In this document: positions 56,397-64,000 of the stretch, piece by piece
Position numbering within the stretch: position 1 is the stretch's first letter
Layout: each line of letters begins with the position of its first letter
Origin: Cyanophora paradoxa CCMP329
Lineage: Eukaryota > Plantae > Glaucophyta
Reading direction: 5' to 3'
Assembly (NCBI GenBank): GCA_004431415.1
Contig: QPMI01000402.1
Span: 1-64,000 of the forward strand
Length of the DNA: 64,000 nucleotides
The notes under the pieces: model-generated
Database searches by the model: none
The model's input: the letters and a program-made list of their open reading frames with translations, nothing else
What the model was told of the DNA's origin: nothing
Position numbers and translations under genes: made by a program

Positions 56397-59300
56397 ATGA
56401 CGGGCAAGCGGTCCTCTCCGCCCATCCCCTCGCCCTCGGACGACGAGGGAGACGACGCTGCAAAGCGCGGGAGGATCGTAAACGACGAAAGCGGTGGCAA
56501 GATCGAGGACGCAATCGACTCTATGGACGTCGACCCCATCCCGCCGCCGCCCCGCCCCGAAGACGCCGTCGAGGTCATCTTCGACGGCGCGTGGCACCCC
56601 TGGACGGCGCTCGAATCGTCGTCCGAGTTTGAGCGGCGCGGCATGGCGTCCACCTTTGCGGTTCGCTCCAACGGCCGCCTCCGCCTCGTGCGCTACGGAG
56701 GCGTGGAGACCTTTGTCGCCGAGGGCGTGCGCCACGCGCGCCGCCGCGAGCTCGTCGTCCGGCTGCGCTCCGAGCGGTACCGCCGCTGCTCGCTCGCGGC
56801 GCTGCTGCGCGCGTTCCCGGACCTCCGTCGGGCCGCGCGCGCCGCGTTTCGCCGCTGCCAGAAGCTGGAGCGCTGGGGGGTCCCGTTTACGCTCGAGTAC
56901 GACGGCGCGCTCGGGTTCCGCATCTTTTACAAGTCCATCACGCGCTTTCGCGAGCCGCCCCTCGGGCGGCGCTTTGCCTCTTTGGAGGGGCAGACCACGG
57001 CGACGCTCCCCTCGTACCTTCGGGTCCTCCCGAGCAGCGTCCCCGCCCCCGCGTCCGTCGAGACGTACCTCGGCGCCGCCGCCGCCTCGGTCCAGCTCCC
57101 CGCCACGCGCATCGACGACTACCGCGCGCTGGGCTCGGACGAGCGCGCGGAGCGCGTGCTCGTCCGCACGGGCGAGCCGGACGACGGCTCGTGCGAGGCG
57201 CGCGCCGACCTCGCCGAGTGGCTCCTCCCAGAGGTCGTTCGGTACGCGGGCGGCCTCGGGGTGCCGCCCGCCGCGCCGGCCGGGAGGACGATCGAGCTCG
57301 ACGACGCGGAGCGCGCGCGCTTTGCCGTGGCTCTCGGCCTCGTCGCCGGCCCCGCCTGCGCCGAGCTGGCGGCGGCGCCGGGGCGCGTTTACGTGGACCC
57401 CGCGAGCGTGCGGGTGGAGGCCTGGGTCAACTCGATCGAGTACCGGGCGCGTTTACCGTGCCCCGCGTGCGGGCGGGGGGACCGCTGGGCCGAGCTGACG
57501 GCCGACTCGGTGCGGGAGCGCGTCGGCGTGCGCTGCTGCGGCGAGTGCGAGCCCGCCATCGCGCGCAAGCGGCGGCGAGCCAACCGCAGCCGCTACCCGA
57601 AGCGGCCGCTCCACTCGGCGCTCAAGGCGCTCCGGCAGTGCGAGGTCGCCGCCGACGAGGCGCGCTTCGGAAACCTCGGTCGGGACGCCGTCGAGCGGCG
57701 GGAGCACTACATGGACGCCGCGCGGTTCGGTGCGACGGCGAATCGCGCGTTCGAGGGGTGCGGCACGGCCTCTGCCGAGCACGTCGCGGAGATCGAGCGG
57801 GTGGCCGAGGCGACGGCGAGGCTTTTCGGCGGCGAGGGTACCTTTTGGACGCTCGAGGGCATCGCCGAAAAGTGGGCCACGCTGAATGAAGAGGAGCGCC
57901 GCAAGGAGCGGGGCGCGCTGCGGACGGGCTTTCAGCTCCCGGAGCCCGGCAAGATGGACGATTGGATGAGGGTCTGTTGTCCCAGAGGGGGAGATCGACG
58001 ACGCGATGGACGAGATCATCGTGGATCCCGACGTGACAAACGTTTACGTCGACGACAGGCTCATCCACGACGCCATTGCGCGCGCCTTTGCGGAAGGATA
58101 CGAGCGCGTTTACGTCGTGCTGGAGGAGGGCATGGGCGCCGGAAAGTCGACGGCCATCCTCAGGTCGGCCGCAGAGGTGGTCCGGGACCCAACGATCGCG
58201 AACCTCGCCGAGGACACGACCGTTTCGATCGCCTGGTTCGTCAACTCCCGCTCCCATCCCGACCAGCTCAAGGAGAGGAACGACTTTCGGGCGGTGTTTC
58301 GCGGACTCGTGGACAAAGAGGGGAGGGAGGTGCAGCGGTGCTGGATCGGGTACAGGGAGGAGCGAAAGGCGGGCTCCGATGCGCCGGACGCCCTGCTCGT
58401 GACGGCCGAGTCGTCCCATCGGTTCGTCCAGGGCGCCTCGCCGTACCACATCCTCGTCATCGACGAGGTCGGCAAGATCGCCGCCATCATCAGCTCGTCG
58501 GGCACCCTCGCCAAGGATTTACGCCAGGCGGCCGCGGCAAAGGCTCTCGCGCGGATGCTGGCCGCGGCGCGCGTCGTTTATCTCGCAGACGCCGACCTGG
58601 ACCGCGAGACGCTCCGATTTGTCCTCGACATGGGCAATTCGGAGCCACGACCCGACGTAAACGCCTCCGAGGGGGAGACGGCGGCGGGGACTCGGACGAC
58701 GAGGGGGTGGCGCTCGCGGGGAGGACCGGCGCGGCGCGGACAAAGCGCATCCTGTATCGTAAATCCCACGGGGCGGGGGCGACATGCGCCACGCGTGGGC
58801 CGCGCTCCCGCTCTCTGAAGCCGGGCTGCGCGTCGCCGCGCTGCTCCTCCTCGGCTACAAGGTGATCGTCTCCTCGACCACCAAAGACGAGTTCAACGCG
58901 ATCTGCGCCGTTGTCGACAGCCACCCGGACCTCGCGCACGTCCGCAGGGCCCTCGTCTGCGGCAACTCGGACGATCGCGATCGCAGGCTCTTTTCCGACC
59001 CGAACCGGTTCGCCGAGCTGGACTTAATATGTTACAACACCGCGGTCGCTCAAGGGAGCTCCATGGACGAACCCCACGTGCTCTTTGACGTCTGCTGCGT
59101 GGTGCACGGAGGCGTCCTCGGGGACGTCAACATCCAGTACCAGCTCACGCCTCGCTGCCGGGCCTTTTCCGAGACCCTCGCGCTCATCTTCTGCCCCCTC
59201 GGGACACAGCCCAAAGAGAACGCCAAGGGCGCGCTCGAGCTCCTCGAAACGCGGCGGGCCGAGGTCCGGAGTCACCGGCGACGCGAGCGGCGCGACAGGG

Positions 59301-61768
59301 GCGCGGGCGTTCGCAGGGAGCACGACAACGGCGCCTTTGCCGTGGCGACGGCGCAGTGGTTGAACCCCACGCAGGAAAACGCCCTCCTCCGTCGTCAGGC
59401 CCACCAGATGGCCAACGAATCGCACACGCGCCGCAGCTTCATCTCGTCCTTTAACGCCAAGCTCCTCTCGCGCGGCAGCCTCGGCGTGGTCGTCGTTGAT
59501 TTCAGCGCTCCCGCCGGCGAAAATGTAAAGGAGGAGATCCAGGCGCTACGCGAGCTCTTCCGCCTGCACGTCATCGCCCACCCGGTCCTCGGCGCGCGCG
59601 CCCTCCCCGGCGAGGACGTCTCACAGGAGAAATCGGCGGCGGGCCGGCTGTTTACGGCTCGCAGGGCCCACCGCGGCGATCCAAACGACTACGAGCGTCG
59701 CTCGCTCGATCTCGCCTTTGCCGCGCAGGCCTTTTGCGTTGCGCCGGAGGAGCTCGGCGCCCGCGATATCGTCTGGTACCTCCAGGATCCCAACGGCAAG
59801 AAGAATCGACCCGAGCTCAGGAACCTCCTCCACGCGCTCGAGGTGGAGATGGGCGGCCGCCCCCGGCGCGCTCGGTCGACGTACGTTCTCCAGCCCACGT
59901 TTACGGACGAGGCGCACGCGGACCGCAGCTTTCGGGAACTGCTGGAGATGGTGCGGTGCCCGGCGTTGCTCGCGCTCCGGCACGTCGTGGATTCGAGCCG
60001 CGCGGGCGCGGCGCCCGTCGCCGACGCCGCGGTGGCGGCGCCCCTCTTGCGAATCGCCCTCTCCGAGGCGCCCCACGACCCGCCGGGGTTGGCGACCTCG
60101 GCGGTGCGCGTGGGGCTGGACGTCCTGGGGCGCGACCTCTTTGACGATGCGACCAAGGCCACGCTGGAGGCGACGATCTCGGTGGAGGCGGGGCTCCTCG
60201 AGCGCAACTTTTCCGACCTGCCGGCCGAACGACAGGCGTGCATCAAGAGGGCGGTCGGGGTCGGGGATGCGGATGACGCTCTGCCCGTCGCCGCCGTCGG
60301 CCGGGCGCTCGCAAAGCCATCCGTGCGGGACGAGGCGCGGGCCCTGTTTTACGGGAGCGTTGCCGGGCAGGCGCCCGTCGAGGTGGCGCGCGGCGAGCTC
60401 GAGGAGCTCTCGACCATGCTGGCGGCCCGGCGCGCCCTCGAGGACGAGGTCGCCGTCGAGGTCTTTCGAACGTTGGACGTCGTTACGGGGCGGCTCGCCC
60501 CCGGGGAGCGCATCACGGCCGAGACGGTGCTGCGCATCGGGCGCGACGGCGAGCCGGCGGCCGTGGAGGAGCTGCGCAAGGTGACGGCCAGGCTGCTCGT
60601 GGCGCCGCACCGGGACGCTCGCTCGCTGGAGCGCGGCGCGGCGTGGAGGGAGCGCCTCGCTCGGCTGACGGACCTCGGGCCCTTGAACGTGCTCGACCCG
60701 GCCGGCGCGGACGACCACGCCATCCGCACCGAGATCGAGCGCCTGCGCGTGCTGGGAGTGGGCGCGGACGAGTTTGGTCGGCCCCTGGCGTGCCCTTTGG
60801 TCGAGTCGGATGCGAAAGGCGTCCTCCTGAACCTCTACGCCAAGGCCATCGAGCACGTCGGCCTCCCCTTTCGTGCAAAGGATACCTTTGGTGCCATCGC
60901 ACGGGCAACCCGCTTCTGTTCCGACAGTTTACGTCCCCTCTCCGGCACGTTTCCGACCCTGGCGGCCCGACTGGGCCAGCTCAACCTGGCGTTTACGGTC
61001 CTGGCGGCGGCCGCGACGGTGCTGGGACGTGCAAAGAAGAGGGCGGCGGATATCAAAGCGGCCAAGCAGCGCGCGCACGATCAGAAGATACCCTACCGAG
61101 AGCCCCCCGAGCCCGAGTATCCCGCGGAGAACCCGTTCCTTTGGCTCTCGGCCGAGGCGCGCGCGTCGCTGACCCCAGAGGACGGTGTCCTGTGCGATTA
61201 CGACGTCAGGGACGTTGTACATCGCGCGCTCTCGTCGCCAGAGGCGAGCCCGGTGCTGGATTGGGACGTAAACGGCACGACGGTGCGCGGGGCGGTCGTA
61301 AACGCGCTGCAATGTGCCGAGACGGCCCTCCAGGAGGCCACGAACCTGCGAATCGCGGCCACCGAGGACGACGTGCGCGCCCTCTGCGAGCAGGTGGTTC
61401 GGTGGAGGGCCGAGCACGGCCACAGCCGCGTCCTCGCCGAGCCGTATCCGGAGAGGCGCGGCCGCGGCGACCACATCCTCGTCTGCAGGTCGCTCTTCGA
61501 GACGTACACGTGCATGGGACGCGAGCCGACGGTGACTTCCTCCGGGGAACGGATCGGGTGGTTCCTGAACACGTCCTCCGAGAGCGGAATCGCCGCGGTG
61601 ACCAAGTGGCAGGAGGAGACGTGGAAGACGCCGCCCCAGAGCGCCGGGGTGTTCCCGCCAAAGGCGAATCGCTACCGCGAGATCGAGCGGGCCGGCCGGC
61701 GGCGCACGCGTTACCTTTGCATACCGCGGCAGTGCTTTGTAAACGTAGGCGTTGCGCTCAATTTTTAA
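56397..61768 (+). CDS. UL9-like origin-binding SF2 helicase (~1790 aa) split by three frameshifts
   Basis: EGMGAGKST (I), VTAESSHR, YHILVIDE (II), VYLADADL (III), VIVSST (IV), LICYNTAVAQGSSMD (V), YQLTPRCR (VI), in herpes UL9/NCLDV ori-binding order. Frame changes at G runs at ~57970, ~58688 and ~58778. Confidence 0.85.
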
Positions 61769-61828
61769 TACCAATCACATTTCTAATCCGTAAACGGTCT
61801 CGACCTGGGAATGGGGGGCGCGGAGGGC

Positions 61829-64000
61829 CTACGCAACGGCGGCGGGCGGTGCCATCGGGCGCGCCCGGAGCAGCGACGCGCGGCGGCGGCTCGCCCCGTG
61901 CGCCTCGTCCTCCAGCGAGATCAGCGTGCCGTCGGTGCAGCGGCACGCGTACATGGGGCCGCCGAGCGGCCAGACGGCGGCGACGGGCCTCATCACGCCG
62001 ATCTCGACAAAGGCAAACTTGCCCGTCGGGTAGACAAAGAGGACGCGCCAGCCCATCGAAGGCTCGTACCCGAACCAGCCCGTCTCGACGGGAAACAGGT
62101 TTTGACCCTCGGTCCACGCGCGCCGGGCGATGCCGACGTGCCGAAAGGTCGCGGTGGCGCCGTCGGAGACGTACAGCGAGTCGAGGCCGCGCTCGTCGCG
62201 GCAGACGAGGGCGAGCGCGTTTCCGCCGAGGTCGCGCAGGAAGCGGGCGCCGGCCGGGTCCGTGCGGGCCCTCTTGCAGGCGGCGGCGCGCCCGGGGTCG
62301 AGCCAGAGGGCGACGGTCGCCGGCGCGTCGTTGTCGCCGTGCGCGGACCACTCCAGGAGGACGGCAGAGTCGCGCGCGTCGGCCTTGGCGTTTGACGGGC
62401 GCTCCGCGTCCGCGAGGGCCTTGGGATCCCACCGGAGGAGCGGGCTGTCGCGCGCCGCGGCGAGGTCGATGCGGGCAATGGCCGTCAGGACGCCCGCGCG
62501 CGCGCGGAGGGAGCGGACGTCGACGGTCACGCCGCGCTCCGCCAGCGGCCCGAGGGCGACGGCGCGCGCGCCGGCGGGGTGGCAAAGGAAGAGCGACAGC
62601 GGGGTCCCGTCGGCGGCGGCCGTTGCATAGGCGGTAAACGGGCCGCAGGTGGCGAGCGAGCCGGAGACGATGCTCTCGCCGTCGGGGATGGGAACGCCCG
62701 CGCTCGGGTCGCCGCGCTGCGGCTGCTTCGTAAAGGACGGCGAGGCCGCGCGTTTCATGGTGTCGCGGATGTGGAATGAGCAAAAGTGCGATGGCGGGCG
62801 CGCTCTAAGGAGCGCGTGGGCGGCGCCGGATTCGTGCGAAATAGGTTTGGTTCCATTCGATTCACAAACAGTCCAGCCAGGCGGACGCGGGGGGTACTTC
62901 GACGATGCGAAATCCGCTTTGCATGGTGGGGATGGTGACGGCGACGGCGGGGCCGCGCGCCGCGGCGGCCCAAGCGACGATGGTGGACGAGGTCGGGCCG
63001 TAGAGGGCGAGTACGCGGGGCGGGGGTTCCACCTCGCTCGCGCGGCCGTCGTGGCTCACGCGAAAGAATCCGAGCTCGTCCTTCGAGTCGCCCTCGGCGC
63101 GCGCGTACTTGCAAACGCGTCCCGCCAGGTAGGAGACTCTGCTCCGGTCTCGGAGGGCCCTGCCGGCGATCGGCATCGTTTGACCGTCGGGCCCGACGAA
63201 GACCTCCCGCTCCTCTGAACAAGCAATGAGCCAGCCGTCGGCAAACGGGACGATCATTTGGGTATTGATGCTGGCGAGAGGCGAGCCCGCCGGGGCGAGC
63301 TCGATGCGCCTCGCGGTTCCGTCGCCGACGTTTACCACGAGCAAAGCCGCTCCGTTGGCCATGGCGTCGGCGTTGTTGGTGGCGTTGGGGGCGTCGGTGA
63401 TGGTAAATAGAACAGAGGTGCAGCGTGCGTTAATCCGGTGGGCCGGCCTGGAGTGAAACGATTGCGCTTCCGCCATGATCGCGTTTGCGTGCTCGGCGAG
63501 GTCCAAGAGGATGCGGGGTGGGGCGCCGACGGGCCAGGAGACTATCGACCCCGGTTCGTCGGCGGCGGCGTTGAACGGAGCGGCCTGGAAGCGAACTTCG
63601 CCGTCGTCGGCCACCCAGAGGCCCGAGAGGCGCGGGCGGAGTTCCATGCGTGCGAGGACGGCCGCGGGGAGCGTGTCCACGGCGCCGGAAGGGTCGATGC
63701 GTAGGAGCGCCTCGGGTTGGATCGCGAGCGAGGCGGGCGCGCGCTCGACGGCGAACCAGCGCGCGTCGGGGCTGGGGGCGACGCGCCGCACCGCCCACTC
63801 GCCCTCGGGACGCCAGCGCCCGCCGCCGCGGCGGACGAGCGGGCCGGCGCGTGCGGCAAGGCGTTGCTTCCAAAAGGGCATGGTCGATTCGGCGTCGATG
63901 GTTGCGACGTAGCACTCGTCGGCGGCGCTCGCGAAAGCGTCGCGATCCTCTGCGTCGAGATGCGAGGCGATCATTGCGAGGACCTCGCGCGGGAAGACGC
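61829..64000 (-). CDS. F-box protein with beta-rich (propeller-like) C-terminus, one intron (62805-62865), 5' end outside window
   Basis: FPREVLAMIASHLDAEDRDAFASA (F-box) at the window edge. A 61-nt GT-AG intron joins ORF 62862-63974 in frame to ORF 61829-62758. Confidence 0.7.

Larger units (their letters stand above)
23400..64000. mobile_element. Large DNA virus-like (endogenous) gene block; ends not defined, runs off the window
   Basis: Gene-dense block with PolB, AEP primase, UL9-like helicase, GIY-YIG, TFIIB, MORC and F-box/Skp1/RING genes, TATA promoters and origin-like arrays. Proteins are too divergent and compact for host housekeeping copies. Confidence 0.7.

Noticed and set aside
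57972-57985. GT..AG 14-mer as an intron explaining the first UL9 frame change
   Set aside because: Far shorter than the 55-85 nt introns elsewhere; a single-base indel in the G run is simpler.
1-64000. Assignment to a named virus group or host species
   Set aside because: No capsid, portal, terminase or packaging ATPase was recognised, and no host marker gene is present. Mirusvirus, NCLDV or capsid-less element cannot be distinguished from this window alone.

Overview
Eukaryotic DNA, probably from a very GC-rich protist or alga with short GT-AG introns. It appears to consist almost entirely of nested mobile or viral elements. (1) 1-~5.2 kb is an AT-rich, frameshift-riddled Polinton/PLV-like remnant (AEP-PriCT2-SF3 primase-helicase plus a pPolB-associated N-terminal fragment) that is cut off abruptly. 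(2) ~5.3-20.2 kb is a GC-rich, intron-rich block. It holds a spliced gene that reconstructs to a Ulp1/C48 protease fused to a tyrosine recombinase, and a spliced SET-domain gene. (3) ~20.2-23.3 kb is a tract built from short palindromic words, with a hAT-type and a Tc1/mariner-type MITE. (4) ~23.4 kb to the window end is a compact, large-DNA-virus-like block. It encodes a family B polymerase with substituted proofreading residues, a double-AEP primase, a UL9-like origin-binding helicase, an SLX1-like GIY-YIG nuclease, TFIIB-like, MORC-like GHKL ATPase, Skp1-like, RING and two F-box proteins. It also has two origin-like repeat structures: inverted 62/129-bp arrays around an AT-rich core, and ten ~537-bp palindromic units. 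The octamer CGTTTACG is strongly over-represented across both GC-rich blocks, and several genes share a CCCCC(A/G)GG element 30-31 bp upstream of (C/T)ATAAA. No capsid, terminase or RNA polymerase gene was recognised. All protein assignments are by eye from motifs; no database search was run.
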